The translations under genes were made by a program, and so were the position numbers. Shown here piece by piece: positions 17,618-27,010 of a stretch of 64,000 nucleotides of DNA. The notes beneath the pieces were generated by a model. It was not told the DNA's origin. It saw only the letters and a program-made list of their open reading frames with translations, and ran no database searches. Source of the DNA: a virus; IMG/VR virus record IMGVR_UViG_3300036820_000003, positions 1-64,000 of that record. The stretch is one strand, 5' to 3'. Each line of letters begins with the position of its first letter. Positions within the stretch are counted from its first letter, which is position 1.

Positions 17618-18226
17618 GTGACTAGGATATATCTCAACGCCCAGTTTAGCGACGGTCACAATCGCCCGCATCTGCTGAGCGTGGGGATGGTGTCGGAGCT
17701 GGGCGAGTTCTATCGCATCGTGGACGACGCGGACGCGGTGAACCACGCGCTGAAGAACGAGTGGATCCGGGAGCACGTCCTTCAGAGACTGCCCCTTGAA
17801 GTCGAGGGCCGGGAGTGGCACTGGACCCCGGAGGACAGGGAGTCCCGGTCCGATGTCCGGGATCCCCGGATCGCCACCGGTCTGGAGCTTATCGATGATT
17901 TGATCGACTTCGTCGACAGTCATCCGGAGCCGGAGCTGTGGGGCTGGCAGTCCGCCTACGCCTACACCCTGATCCGACGGCTGTTCGGGAAGATCACCGA
18001 TCGGCCTGCGAATTTCCCCCTGTGGTGCGGAGAGCTGGCCGCCAAGTGGTCGCAGGCCGGAAGACCGGAGCTTCCGGAGCGGGGGGCCGGGGGTCACCAC
18101 GCCCTGGAGATGGCGCGCTGGGCGCGAGACGTGGACGCCTACATCGATCGGATTGACCCGGTGGAAGTCGCCGCCCTGAAGAATGACACGGTCAGGGAGG
18201 CGATAATCGCGGCTAAGCCTCAGTGA
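17618..18226 (+). CDS. DUF5051/Rv2179c-like DEDDh 3'-5' exoribonuclease homologue with catalytic acids substituted
   Basis: Family motifs LLSVGMVSE.G.EFY, WIREHVL..L, PELWGW and HHAL are present; YLNAQF replaces DTEF. Confidence 0.75.
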   Translation: MTRIYLNAQFSDGHNRPHLLSVGMVSELGEFYRIVDDADAVNHALKNEWIREHVLQRLPLEVEGREWHWTPEDRESRSDVRDPRIATGLELIDDLIDFVDSHPEPELWGWQSAYAYTLIRRLFGKITDRPANFPLWCGELAAKWSQAGRPELPERGAGGHHALEMARWARDVDAYIDRIDPVEVAALKNDTVREAIIAAKPQ

Positions 18227-18230
18227 CATG

Positions 18231-18266
18231 GCAAAAGCCCCGGTCGCAGGCGACCGGGGCTTTTGC
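18231..18266. terminator. Bidirectional intrinsic terminator
   Basis: GCAAAAGCCCCGGTCG-CAGG-CGACCGGGGCTTTTGC, between convergent genes. Confidence 0.85.
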
Positions 18267-18278
18267 GCTGCTCACGTG

Positions 18279-18695
18279 CTACGCCTTCGCCTTCTCGCGT
18301 GCCAGGACCTGGCGGCTCAGATCCGTGACTGAGCGCCTAAGCTCCTCTGCCATGATCAGATCCCTGAACTTGGCGAGGGCGAACCGGCGGGTGAGACGGC
18401 CGTTGAAAACCGATGTGACCCCGCCTTCCGTGCGGACGCTGTAGTACTCCTCGTTAGTGAGCCCGAGCAGATCGCGGGCTTCCTTCCCGGGGTCCTTCAC
18501 CCGAGTGAGGCCGTCCGGCTTGAAGAACCACGGCCCGATGAGCCGGTACCCCGCTGCCAGGAGGGTGTGACCCCCGAGGCAGGCGTGGTAGCAGCGGCCC
18601 GGACCCCAGCGGAATCCCCACGAGGCCATCCGGAAATTCCCGGGCCTGTCGCTGACGCGAGCATCCGCTGACTTTGCGAGAGCTAGATCCTGCAT
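18279..18695 (-). CDS. Hypothetical protein
   Basis: ATG at 18695 after AAGGAAGGA. Confidence 0.65.
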   Translation of the reverse strand: MQDLALAKSADARVSDRPGNFRMASWGFRWGPGRCYHACLGGHTLLAAGYRLIGPWFFKPDGLTRVKDPGKEARDLLGLTNEEYYSVRTEGGVTSVFNGRLTRRFALAKFRDLIMAEELRRSVTDLSRQVLAREKAKA

Positions 18696-18744
18696 TGCGT
18701 TCCTTCCTTGTTGTGTGGTACTGCCACTATACCGCAGGCGAACG

Positions 18745-19188
18745 CTACGAGCCAGCCGCGCGCGCCTCATGATGCCCCGTCGCGGTGATGTGCGCGCCGA
18801 GGGCGTCCATCAGCTCCCGGGGCGTGAAGAACCCGCCGAAACTGTAATCGCACATCATGAGGTACTTCCCGCCCGCGCGCTCCTGCAGGACCGTCGAGTC
18901 GCAGGCGACGAAGTCGGACCCGTAGGCGTCGGTCACGTGCAGCGGCCAGTCCCACGCCGAGGTGGTCACCTTGACGTACTCTACGGGGAGACGTCGGAGA
19001 ACGGGCCGTGCGCTGTCCCTGGCGGACATCTCCTGGTAGTAGCGGACCTTGGCGACGTCCGCCGGATCCGACGAGTCCTGGTGCTCGCCGTCTCCGCGAC
19101 ACGGAACAAAACGACCGTGCGCGAGGCACACGACGGCGGCGTCGTGCTCGTACTCTTCGTTCGTCAGATCATCACTCCACGGCGACAT
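18745..19188 (-). CDS. Hypothetical protein
   Basis: RBS GAGGGGCAAGG; plausible composition. Confidence 0.6.
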   Translation of the reverse strand: MSPWSDDLTNEEYEHDAAVVCLAHGRFVPCRGDGEHQDSSDPADVAKVRYYQEMSARDSARPVLRRLPVEYVKVTTSAWDWPLHVTDAYGSDFVACDSTVLQERAGGKYLMMCDYSFGGFFTPRELMDALGAHITATGHHEARAAGS

Positions 19189-19298
19189 GAACTACCTTGC
19201 CCCTCCGCTTTTAGGGCGCGTGCGCGGTAAGCGCGGTGTGTTTTTATGGTAGGGTTATTGTACCGTAGCCGCGCTAGTGCACGGCAGTTAGGAAGGGC

Positions 19299-19877
19299 AT
19301 GCTAGAGGAAGCGGAAATTGACAGGAAGAAAGCAGAGCTTAAGCAGTTTCTGCAGAGGGGCAGGATCACCGACGCGGTGATCGCGGATAACAGGGAGTCT
19401 ATCTCGGAGATCTTCGCGCCGCTCCCGCCTCCGTGGGACTGGCAGATCTGGCGCGAGCTGGCCGGGATGACCGCCGCCGGCATGGCGCAGCTCTCAGGCG
19501 TCCAGGCCGGGCGCATCCGGCAGTGGGAGAACGGGGCCGGCTCGCTGGACGTGGAGGAGTGGCTGGGCTACGGCAACCTGCTCGTGGAAACAGTCGCAAA
19601 GGCCCTGGGCGAATCGGATCCGGTCGAGCTGACGGCAGTCGTCACGCGCAGGATGCAGGTCGCCAGCCAGAACCAGTCGATCATCGCCATCGAACGCCAG
19701 CAGCGGACCACCATCAGCTCGATGGAGTCGTGGATCGCCCAGATGGGCGACAAGTGCTCGCCTGACGAGGCGTTCCAGCTGATGAAGGTCTCCAAGGAGG
19801 CGATAGTCGAGCTGCGACGGCTGCAGTCCAGGCTGCGCGCTATCCGCGAGACCAGGAAGGGAGGAACCGAGGGATGA
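19299..19877 (+). CDS. XRE-like HTH protein with C-terminal coiled coil
   Basis: WRELAGMTAAGMAQLSGVQAGRIRQWENG. Confidence 0.7.
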   Translation: MLEEAEIDRKKAELKQFLQRGRITDAVIADNRESISEIFAPLPPPWDWQIWRELAGMTAAGMAQLSGVQAGRIRQWENGAGSLDVEEWLGYGNLLVETVAKALGESDPVELTAVVTRRMQVASQNQSIIAIERQQRTTISSMESWIAQMGDKCSPDEAFQLMKVSKEAIVELRRLQSRLRAIRETRKGGTEG

Positions 19878-20776
19878 TCCCACCCGATCTTGAGTGGACG
19901 CAGGAGACGGTCCCGGTCAAGGATCTTGTCCAGGATCTGCGGGTCAACCCGCGCAATCCGTCTGACAAATGGGTGCGCGACCAGCTGGACAGCTACAACC
20001 CGGCTCTGGTGGGGTTGTTCATCGTGTCAGAGCGGCTCGGCGAGGGCGGTACCCGGGAGCTGGTGCTGCTGGACGGCGCTAACCGGCAATCGCTGATGCG
20101 CATGGCGGGAGTCGAGGAGACCCCGGTGCTGTGCCAGGTCTTCCACGGGCTGACCATCGCCCAGGAGGCCGAGATAGCCCTGGAGTACAACGACCGTCGT
20201 TCGTGGACGGCGGTGCGCGAGTTCCAGAACCGCATCACGATGGGGGACCCGGTCGCAGTTCAGATCCGGGATATCCTGGAGGCATCCGGGTGGTGCGTGG
20301 ACTCGGCTTCGGTTCCGGGCACCGTGGTGGGCGTCAAGTCATTCGAGTCGCTCATCAAGACGGCGTGCCGTCGGGCGGCGGACGCCACCGGAGCGCATCG
20401 GGGCACCGAGACCTGGAAAGCCGGGCTGGCGTCTGGCGAGAAGGACGCGATGCGCGTGCTGCGGCTGGCCGTGGAAATCTACACGGAGGCGTTCCCGGAG
20501 AGGCAGTCCGGGCACTCGTCGGTCATCTTCTACGGGCTGGCGCTGGTGCTGCTGAAGTTCGAGGGGCAGATCGACCTCGCCCGGCTGACGGAGAACTTCA
20601 GGGAGCATTCCCGGGGCATCCGCCAGCTGATGTCCGACGCCCGGGGCGCGCACGAGACCTACGGCTACTCGCAGCCGGATGCCGTCGCGTTCATGATGGT
20701 GCAGTACTACAACAAAGGCCTGGCTCGGAACTCCAAGCATGCTCTGCCCCCCTTCTGGGTCAAGATGGCGAAGTAG
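19874..20776 (+). CDS. ParB-like / DUF6551-type protein
   Basis: VPVKDL..D.RVNPR, VG.FIVSER, LLDGANR and QEAEI..EYN. Confidence 0.7.
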   Translation: MIPPDLEWTQETVPVKDLVQDLRVNPRNPSDKWVRDQLDSYNPALVGLFIVSERLGEGGTRELVLLDGANRQSLMRMAGVEETPVLCQVFHGLTIAQEAEIALEYNDRRSWTAVREFQNRITMGDPVAVQIRDILEASGWCVDSASVPGTVVGVKSFESLIKTACRRAADATGAHRGTETWKAGLASGEKDAMRVLRLAVEIYTEAFPERQSGHSSVIFYGLALVLLKFEGQIDLARLTENFREHSRGIRQLMSDARGAHETYGYSQPDAVAFMMVQYYNKGLARNSKHALPPFWVKMAK

Positions 20777-20782
20777 AGGGAC

Positions 20783-21109
20783 TTGCCTTACCCGAGCCTG
20801 CGGTGCGTCCTATGCCGGAGGCCGCTCGCAGTCAGGGCGGGGGAGTTCGAGGCTCCCCCGCCTGGCTGCCTGCTGTTCTACTCCCGGGGCGCGGACGGAT
20901 CCGAGGTGTACGATCCGGGGGAGAGCCAGGCTGACCTGCGGCATCTGGTCCTCGGGGTGTGCGATCCGTGCCTGCGCGTCGCGGGGGAGAGGGGAGACGT
21001 CGCATACGGCGAAATGAGGCCGCGCCTTGGCGAGGTGCTGCCGGGGCAGTGGAGCTACAGGACGTGGCGGCTGCCGACTGACGAGGAGGAACGTGAACCA
21101 GGAGCCTGA
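20783..21109 (+). CDS. Hypothetical protein (Cys pairs)
   Basis: CVLC..GVCDPC; operon context. Confidence 0.55.
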   Translation: MPYPSLRCVLCRRPLAVRAGEFEAPPPGCLLFYSRGADGSEVYDPGESQADLRHLVLGVCDPCLRVAGERGDVAYGEMRPRLGEVLPGQWSYRTWRLPTDEEEREPGA

Positions 21110-21434
21110 TGATGATACGGACTATCCGGGCGAAGAGGAGCTGCGACGTCTGCTGGCGGTCGTGGGGGAGTGGGACGGGGACACCTTCCGGTTTCGCGAG
21201 CCGCTGACGATGGGGAACAGGCAGATACGGTCGATGGTGATACCGCCAGGCAGCCTGTCCGACCTGCCTCCGGGAGTCACCCGGGACGATCTGATCTACT
21301 CGATGCTCAGCCCGCTGACGGAAATCGGCGAGATCAAGACGAACAGCGGCATGCCCCTCGGCTACGACAACATCACGCTGCCGAGGAGGAGGGACGAGGA
21401 TGCCGGTGAAGGGCCGTGCGACGACGAACGCTGA
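21093..21434 (+). CDS. Hypothetical protein
   Basis: GTG after GAGGAGG. Confidence 0.55.
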   Translation: MNQEPDDDTDYPGEEELRRLLAVVGEWDGDTFRFREPLTMGNRQIRSMVIPPGSLSDLPPGVTRDDLIYSMLSPLTEIGEIKTNSGMPLGYDNITLPRRRDEDAGEGPCDDER

Positions 21435-21663
21435 CAAGGATCGAATTATGGCGATCATCGGGGAGGCGTGGAAGGCCGAGCCCGAGATGCGACTGGGCCA
21501 GCTGATCATCGCGTGGGCGGGCGTGACCTGGGGGAAAGGCGACGCCGGAGCGATGGAGTCCAGGCGCAGGATCTTGGATGAGCTGTTCTTCATCGAAGAC
21601 GCCGACCTGGCGGCCGGGCTGTTCCTGTACTCTACGAGGGAACGGGGACCTGACGGCGGCTGA
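21400..21663 (+). CDS. Hypothetical protein
   Basis: DRIMAIIGEAWKAEPEMRLGQLI motif. Confidence 0.6.
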   Translation: MPVKGRATTNADKDRIMAIIGEAWKAEPEMRLGQLIIAWAGVTWGKGDAGAMESRRRILDELFFIEDADLAAGLFLYSTRERGPDGG

Positions 21664-21664
21664 C

Positions 21665-21700
21665 TTTACAACCGGCTGCAAGTTCCTGTATGCTGTTTAC
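21665..21700 (+). promoter_or_regulatory. Promoter TTTACA-N18-TATGCT with GTTTAC motif
   Basis: Same -10 plus GTTTAC word as at 25745, 36482 and 45230. Confidence 0.65.
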
Positions 21701-21738
21701 AGCGGCGGGGAACACCGCCGTCGGAAAGAAAGGAAGTC

Positions 21739-22320
21739 ATGAAGTACGCAACGGACTTCAAGACTGTGGCAGCATCCCTTCAAGCCCCGGCAGGATGGCA
21801 CATGTACGGCTTCGAGCCTGTCGGGCCGCAATTGATCACCCCCCCGGCTTCCTCCCCCGTCCCCTGGGCGGACGTCGCGCAGGCCCTGCAGGAGACAGGG
21901 GACTATCTGCGGGAGCACGGGTGGATTAAGCACTCGATGACGGCTCCGGGGGGGATGGCGTGCACGTACGGCGCGTTCCTGGCGCGGAAGGCAGACGCGC
22001 AGTCGGACGGGGTGACCCCCCTCGGGGAGGCGGTGTCCGCGTTGCTGGTCAGCCAGCTGCCCTCCGGGATGTTCATGGTCGCGCCGGGCTTCATGCAGTC
22101 GTGGAACCTCGTCATGAGCTACAACGACTGGCACTGCACGAGCTTCGCGGACGTGATCGACTGGATCGACAGGTCCCGGAACGTGGCGCTGGAACTCGCC
22201 AGGGCCGAGGAGACCCCCGAGGTCAAGCCGGATCCGGATACGACTCCGGTATCGGTCCCGGATTACATCCCCGGGGAGTTCCTGGGTGCGGTCCCGCTGC
22301 CGGAGCTTGTCGCCGTGTAA
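21739..22320 (+). CDS. DUF6197-like protein
   Basis: ALQETGDYLREHGWIK..CTYGA..SYNDW..FADVIDWID. Confidence 0.65.
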   Translation: MKYATDFKTVAASLQAPAGWHMYGFEPVGPQLITPPASSPVPWADVAQALQETGDYLREHGWIKHSMTAPGGMACTYGAFLARKADAQSDGVTPLGEAVSALLVSQLPSGMFMVAPGFMQSWNLVMSYNDWHCTSFADVIDWIDRSRNVALELARAEETPEVKPDPDTTPVSVPDYIPGEFLGAVPLPELVAV

Positions 22321-22452
22321 TCAGCGCAGTCAGATGTGCTAGGCTACGGGTAGGCGCAAGCCTACCCGTTTTGCTTGGAAGGAACCGGAATGGGAATCGC
22401 GTGGCCGTGGCCGTGGCCGTGGCCGAGATGTACGCTGAGTTTCCAGGTGGAG

Positions 22453-22818
22453 ATGACTGACGGCAAACCCGTCCTGTGGGCTGTCCTACGTGACGGAGAC
22501 CGGGAGAAATCCAGGATCGTCGCAAACGGATTCCACTACGAAATCTACGAGGATCGCGAGATGGGAACTCGATTCGCGGAATGGCTGAGAGGCTTAACGA
22601 TGCGAGTTCTTAACTTCACCGTGGAGCTGCAAGAGGAGCCGGAGGACGAGGAAACGGGGGAGATGAAAACATTCGCCGTGGTCAGACTGCAAGGCGAGGA
22701 GATTCTGCGACTCCCTGTGCAGCCTTATCGGATATGGCGAGTCGGGCGGGACGACGCGGCCGAGGAGGCAGTGCTGGACTGGATGAGGGGGAAGCTCAGT
22801 GCAATTCAGTCGGCATGA
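22453..22818 (+). CDS. Hypothetical protein
   Basis: ATG after GGTGGAG. Confidence 0.55.
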   Translation: MTDGKPVLWAVLRDGDREKSRIVANGFHYEIYEDREMGTRFAEWLRGLTMRVLNFTVELQEEPEDEETGEMKTFAVVRLQGEEILRLPVQPYRIWRVGRDDAAEEAVLDWMRGKLSAIQSA

Positions 22819-23239
22819 TTATTTCGGGGCTCCGGAGTATATCACGAAAACTCGCAGGTGGAAGCTGGACGTCGAATGGAACACCCGCTTCCCCGGCGGG
22901 TTCTCTGCGACGCTCAGCTCGTTTCGCAAGGGGGTGCACAAGGACGGGAGCCTGCCCGCCTGGACCTGCTGCCTGGAGGTGAACCCCCCTATGGGCGAGC
23001 CGAACCGGCTGTACGTGTCAGCGTGGGGGTGGTTCATGATCCTGGGGCTGCCGTCGCTCAAGGGGGAGCGAATGATCTCCCGCGAGGGTAGGGCGGTTCA
23101 CACGGAGCGCTATCTGACCTGGCCGCATCTGGACGGGTGCAGTCGTTATCTACATCACAGGGACGAGGAAGGAAAGTGGGTGCGCAATGACCGCCCGGAG
23201 CGGGGGCACTGGGGGTGGCTCACCGTTTATCGCAATTGA
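22799..23239 (+). CDS. Hypothetical Trp-rich protein
   Basis: Coupled ORF. Confidence 0.5.
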   Translation: MQFSRHDYFGAPEYITKTRRWKLDVEWNTRFPGGFSATLSSFRKGVHKDGSLPAWTCCLEVNPPMGEPNRLYVSAWGWFMILGLPSLKGERMISREGRAVHTERYLTWPHLDGCSRYLHHRDEEGKWVRNDRPERGHWGWLTVYRN

Positions 23240-23436
23240 CTACATGGTCGCGATGGAATTCCTCCGCGGGGAGGGGATGACCGACAGATGGATTGAGAAT
23301 TCGATTGACGAGTCGATCACCCCCTTGTGGGGGCCTCGTATCTGCGTCGACGGATGGCACATCGATCGCCTCAGGAAAGGGTATGTGCTGCAGGAATGCG
23401 ATTGCGCTCCTGCCGGGAAGAAGGAAAGGAATCGGA

Positions 23437-23658
23437 ATGTCAGTGCAATTCAGAAATTCTTTCGGCGAGCTGTTCACCTGCGCGTGGTGCCGTCAGGAGT
23501 TTCAAAAAGGGAGAACGGACGAGGAGGCGCTGGCGGAGGCTCGCAAGCGCCTGCCCGCCCTCGATCTCAAGGCCTCTGACCTGGTGCTCATCTGCGAGTG
23601 GTGCAACCAGGGGGCGGAGCCGGTGCTGAAGCCCGATCCGCAGCCTTCCGAGAGCTGA
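23437..23658 (+). CDS. Small zinc-binding protein
   Basis: FTCAWC..LICEWC; RBS AAGGAAAGGA. Confidence 0.65.
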   Translation: MSVQFRNSFGELFTCAWCRQEFQKGRTDEEALAEARKRLPALDLKASDLVLICEWCNQGAEPVLKPDPQPSES

Positions 23659-23672
23659 CAGTTAGATAAACG

Positions 23673-23707
23673 AAAGAGCGAGCCGGGGGGTTCCCGGCTC
23701 GCTCTTT
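23673..23707. terminator. Bidirectional intrinsic terminator
   Basis: AAAGAGCGAGCCGGG-GGGTT-CCCGGCTCGCTCTTT followed by a T-tract; between convergent genes. Confidence 0.85.
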
Positions 23708-23712
23708 TTATT

Positions 23713-24177
23713 TTACTTAGGATTGTTCCTATTTCGATAGTACGGCGGAGGCTGGAACGTCAGCACGTTCATACTTTCCATCTGCCGGAGGATGAGAGCC
23801 TGCGCATGCCGGACTCGGTCGACCTCGGCCTCGTCCATCTCTGTCACGTCTACGGTGGCGGCGGTCCCGGCGACCCGGGTGAGCTTGCGTCGCACGGCGA
23901 GCGCACCGGTGATGGCCTTCTCGACGTGCGCGTTGCCTCCGACAAACCGGTACCCGACTCCGCGTTCCGTCAGCAGGGTCCGGGATCGATCATTCTCCAG
24001 CTCGATGCACGCCTTGGCGACCGCATGATAGTACTGACCGCGATGTCGCGCCTCGTCCCAGTTGAGCCCCGCTATCTGGCATAGCACGTCGTGCGTCGTC
24101 ACGTATCCGATAGGCGGCGGCTCCTCTGAGAAATATCGGTAGATCCTAAGCCACGCGGGGCTCGCTGGTGTTGTCAT
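23713..24177 (-). CDS. Hypothetical protein
   Basis: RBS GGAAAGGAAAG; TLLTERGVGYR motif. Confidence 0.7.
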   Translation of the reverse strand: MTTPASPAWLRIYRYFSEEPPPIGYVTTHDVLCQIAGLNWDEARHRGQYYHAVAKACIELENDRSRTLLTERGVGYRFVGGNAHVEKAITGALAVRRKLTRVAGTAATVDVTEMDEAEVDRVRHAQALILRQMESMNVLTFQPPPYYRNRNNPK

Positions 24178-24244
24178 GCAACTTTCCTTTCCGTCTCCCC
24201 CAGCCTACCACCTGCGGGAACGCCCGGCAAGTCCGCCCGGCGAG

Positions 24245-24283
24245 TTGCGGCGGACCCTCGTGACCGCTATAATGTAAACAGCA
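24245..24283 (+). promoter_or_regulatory. Promoter TTGCGG-N17-TATAAT followed by GTAAACAGCA
   Basis: Consensus -10 at 24268 with the inverted GTTTAC word directly downstream. Confidence 0.7.
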
Positions 24284-24318
24284 ACGCGCGCACGCGCGGG
24301 AGGAAGAGGAAGAGGAAG

Positions 24319-24777
24319 ATGAAGCTCAAGTTCGGGGTGTCCCCCGGTCAGATCGAGGTGCAGTCAGTCGACACCGTCGTGCGCTGGCGGGACTTCGTCG
24401 TGATTGAAATCGTAACAGCTCAGAAGTACCCGGAGATTCCGGGGTGGAATGACGCGGAGATCCTCATCGGGCCGAGTCAGTTCACCTTCGCCGACAGCTA
24501 CCGGTCGGCCGATCCCCCCACCGTGCTGCACCTCCCGCCGGAACTGCAAGGCTGGGAGGCTTGCCCTCGGGCGGGGGAATGGGGTAACGTAATCCTCGTG
24601 GCCTTCTACAAGCCGATGGAACGGGAATCCTGTACGATCGTCACACTCCCGGCCGGAGCGCCCGGCCCGTGGGACGGAAGGATTCCGGGTGCACGTGACC
24701 GATCTGCTCCTGCTGGCGATAGGGTTCATCGCGGGGATGATAACGATGGCGTACCTGTTCCGACCCCCGGCGGGTAA
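24319..24777 (+). CDS. Hypothetical protein
   Basis: Strong RBS downstream of the promoter. Confidence 0.65.
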   Translation: MKLKFGVSPGQIEVQSVDTVVRWRDFVVIEIVTAQKYPEIPGWNDAEILIGPSQFTFADSYRSADPPTVLHLPPELQGWEACPRAGEWGNVILVAFYKPMERESCTIVTLPAGAPGPWDGRIPGARDRSAPAGDRVHRGDDNDGVPVPTPGG

Positions 24778-24793
24778 GAAATAGCGAGGATGA

Positions 24794-24961
24794 ATGCCAG
24801 GAAGCGAGAGCACTTGCCCGACTCCCCGGAAAAGAGCCTGGGGGAGTAGGCAACGTGCGCAAAGAGCCGCGACGGCTATAGGTCGTGCATACCGCAGGAA
24901 GTTCTACGTGTATCAGTGCCCTGGTTGCAGTCGATGGCATCTAACTAGTAGTCCGAGATAG
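24794..24961 (+). CDS. Small zinc-ribbon protein (55 aa; not in the ORF track)
   Basis: Manual translation TCPTPRKRAWGSRQRAQRAA..YVYQCPGCSRWHLTS, a common small phage protein pattern. Confidence 0.65.
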   Translation: MPGSESTCPTPRKRAWGSRQRAQRAATAIGRAYRRKFYVYQCPGCSRWHLTSSPR

Positions 24962-25044
24962 GAAGGAGCAAAATGCCACAAGACCAAATGCCCGAGGATC
25001 TGGAAGCCGAACTGGCAGAACTGATCGGCACTACCGTCGAACGG

Positions 25045-25440
25045 CTACGCCGGATGACCGAGGACGAGGTGATCAAGGCCCTCGTCGGGGACGACTTGTC
25101 GTAACTCCCCCGCAGGTTCGGGCAGGAGCACGACCCTGACCGGCTCGGGAGCGTGCACGCCATAGAAAACCCGAGCCGTGCCCGGTCCCTCGACGACAGT
25201 CACCTTGACGACGGACCGGGTCACCGGGTTGAGCACCTCGATAACAGGCGCCCCGACGGGGGCCGGGAGGACGGGATTGTCTTCATCGCCCCAGCGCCAA
25301 CTGGATTCAATCCCCCGTCCCGAAAGGAGCACGTCAGCCGACAGCTCGGCAACTGACGGCTCGGGGAGCGCAATCTCGATCACGTCCCCCCGGCTCGCCC
25401 ACTCCCGGACGCACAGCTCCTCGAATTCCCCGAGTGTCAC
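25045..25440 (-). CDS. Hypothetical protein
   Basis: GTG at 25440 overlapping the upstream stop. Confidence 0.5.
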   Translation of the reverse strand: MTLGEFEELCVREWASRGDVIEIALPEPSVAELSADVLLSGRGIESSWRWGDEDNPVLPAPVGAPVIEVLNPVTRSVVKVTVVEGPGTARVFYGVHAPEPVRVVLLPEPAGELRQVVPDEGLDHLVLGHPA

Positions 25441-25694
25441 AGCTCCTCCGCAACGTCCCGCAGCACCGTCGCGATCAGCAGCTTGACGAACGCCTCCACC
25501 CCCGCCTCGACGTCCGCTTTGACAGCCGGCGGGATCTTGAGGTCGGGGGAGGCGACGGAGTTCGCCGTCATCGTCCCGGTGCTGACCTGCATCCCCGGCG
25601 AGGACGTCACCGTGACGACGGGGGAAGGAGGGTCGAGGCGGTCGGCGGCCTTGAGGAGGGCGGACTTGACGTGGAAGGCTGACATGAGGTCCAT
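25437..25694 (-). CDS. Hypothetical protein
   Basis: Plausible ORF divergent from the 25722 promoter. Confidence 0.5.
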   Translation of the reverse strand: MDLMSAFHVKSALLKAADRLDPPSPVVTVTSSPGMQVSTGTMTANSVASPDLKIPPAVKADVEAGVEAFVKLLIATVLRDVAEEL

Positions 25695-25784
25695 GTCCGC
25701 AGTCTAGCACGATCCGACGAATGGCGCAACCACTTCGCATGCGGTATGCTGTTTACGTAGCACGGCGCATACGGAAGGAATAAG

Positions 25785-25955
25785 ATGGCGGAAGACAAAC
25801 GGCATGACCGGGACAAATGTGACCCTGCGGCGCAGGGTCAGCACTACTTCCCGACTGAGGAGGCGGCACGGGCGTCCGACCCTGCCGGGATGTTCGTTTA
25901 CAAGAAGTGCGAAGGCTGCAAGGGCTGGTACAACTACGGACTGAGGGCTAGGTAG
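25785..25955 (+). CDS. Small Cys-containing protein (56 aa; not in the ORF track)
   Basis: Promoter TGGCGC-N17-TATGCT (25722-25750), RBS GGAAGGAA; MAEDKRHDRDKC..YKKCEGCKGWY. Confidence 0.6.
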   Translation: MAEDKRHDRDKCDPAAQGQHYFPTEEAARASDPAGMFVYKKCEGCKGWYNYGLRAR

Positions 25956-26015
25956 TTCTTGCGTTCCCCTCTTGCGGATGGTAGAGTCACGTGTATCTAC
26001 CTGAAGAGGTGAACA

Positions 26016-26321
26016 ATGAAAGAGCTTGACCAACTGCAAGAGGAAGTCGCCGGGATTCTGGGTATCTCTCTCAGTGACGTCCAGTCGATGTGCCTATCCG
26101 ACCTCAAGCACGCCGCTATGTGGGGTCCGGGAGCATGCCAGGCTCACCTCCCGGCCGACTCTCGCGAGGACAGGCTCGACTCGATTCGGCTGGAACGACT
26201 GCAGGCGGACGTCGCTAAGCTGGTAGACTGGCCGGAGGATGACATCCGGGTGTCGTACCAGTCGGAGTACGTGCACAACGGACTGTGGGGTCCGCTTCCC
26301 TGTCCGGTTCCGGTACCGTAA
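26016..26321 (+). CDS. Hypothetical protein
   Basis: RBS GAAGAGGTG; followed by hairpins at about 26329 and 26407. Confidence 0.6.
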   Translation: MKELDQLQEEVAGILGISLSDVQSMCLSDLKHAAMWGPGACQAHLPADSREDRLDSIRLERLQADVAKLVDWPEDDIRVSYQSEYVHNGLWGPLPCPVPVP

Positions 26322-26438
26322 ACCACCGAGGCCCGCGCTACGGCGCGGGCCTCGTTCATGCCCGCAGTCTAGCAGACGTCGGGGGCTGGCGCAAGACCTG
26401 CGGCATAAAAAGAGCGGGACGCTTGTGCGTCCCGCTCT

Positions 26439-26894
26439 TTAGTACGAGGTGATTGATATATGGATATCGATTTTCGACGTCATTCCACTGACTATTGTGG
26501 ACGTTATACTACCATCCGCGACGGGCTCCCCGACCACTTCTCTTCGTCCTTCGTTTTCTAGCCAGGTTTCCATTTCACGGGACATCACTTCGCGAATGAT
26601 ATTACCCCCTACAGGGAGACCCTTCTGGTAATTCTCAGCTGTTTCCACTGCCTCTTGGAAGTACTTGTACCACCCTTCCTCTAGGAGGCGATCACAAGCA
26701 CTTACATCCTCACTCCGTGCTTCCCAGAAAACGGGACCGACCTCGAGGAATGGGTTTTTGAGACAGCGTTTTGCTCCCATTGCACTCTTTGTGTACTCTT
26801 GAAAATGGTCACATCGAGGCTTAGTCCATACGAGCCATTTTTCACCGATGATTATGATAAGATTTGATCTGTTCGGAGGTGAATACAGTTTCAT
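26439..26894 (-). CDS. Hypothetical protein, visibly lower GC
   Basis: Own promoter TTGTCA-N17-TAGTTT (about 26925-26953, minus strand), RBS GGAAGGAA and a terminator hairpin at 26407-26440. Confidence 0.65.
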   Translation of the reverse strand: MKLYSPPNRSNLIIIIGEKWLVWTKPRCDHFQEYTKSAMGAKRCLKNPFLEVGPVFWEARSEDVSACDRLLEEGWYKYFQEAVETAENYQKGLPVGGNIIREVMSREMETWLENEGRREVVGEPVADGSITSTIVSGMTSKIDIHISITSY

Positions 26895-27010
26895 CGAATT
26901 CCTTCCGTCTGTGGGAACTCGAATAAACTACCGTGCTGGTCAGCATTTGACAACATTCATTTTCCCGTCTCCGCCTAGCTTCCGCTTGCCTCATGTGTTA
27001 GACTGAGGTA

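Noticed and set aside
22399-22425. (GTGGCC)n microsatellite as a second guide array or phase-variable tract
   Set aside because: Only about four invariant hexamer copies, with no variable positions and no RAMP gene nearby.
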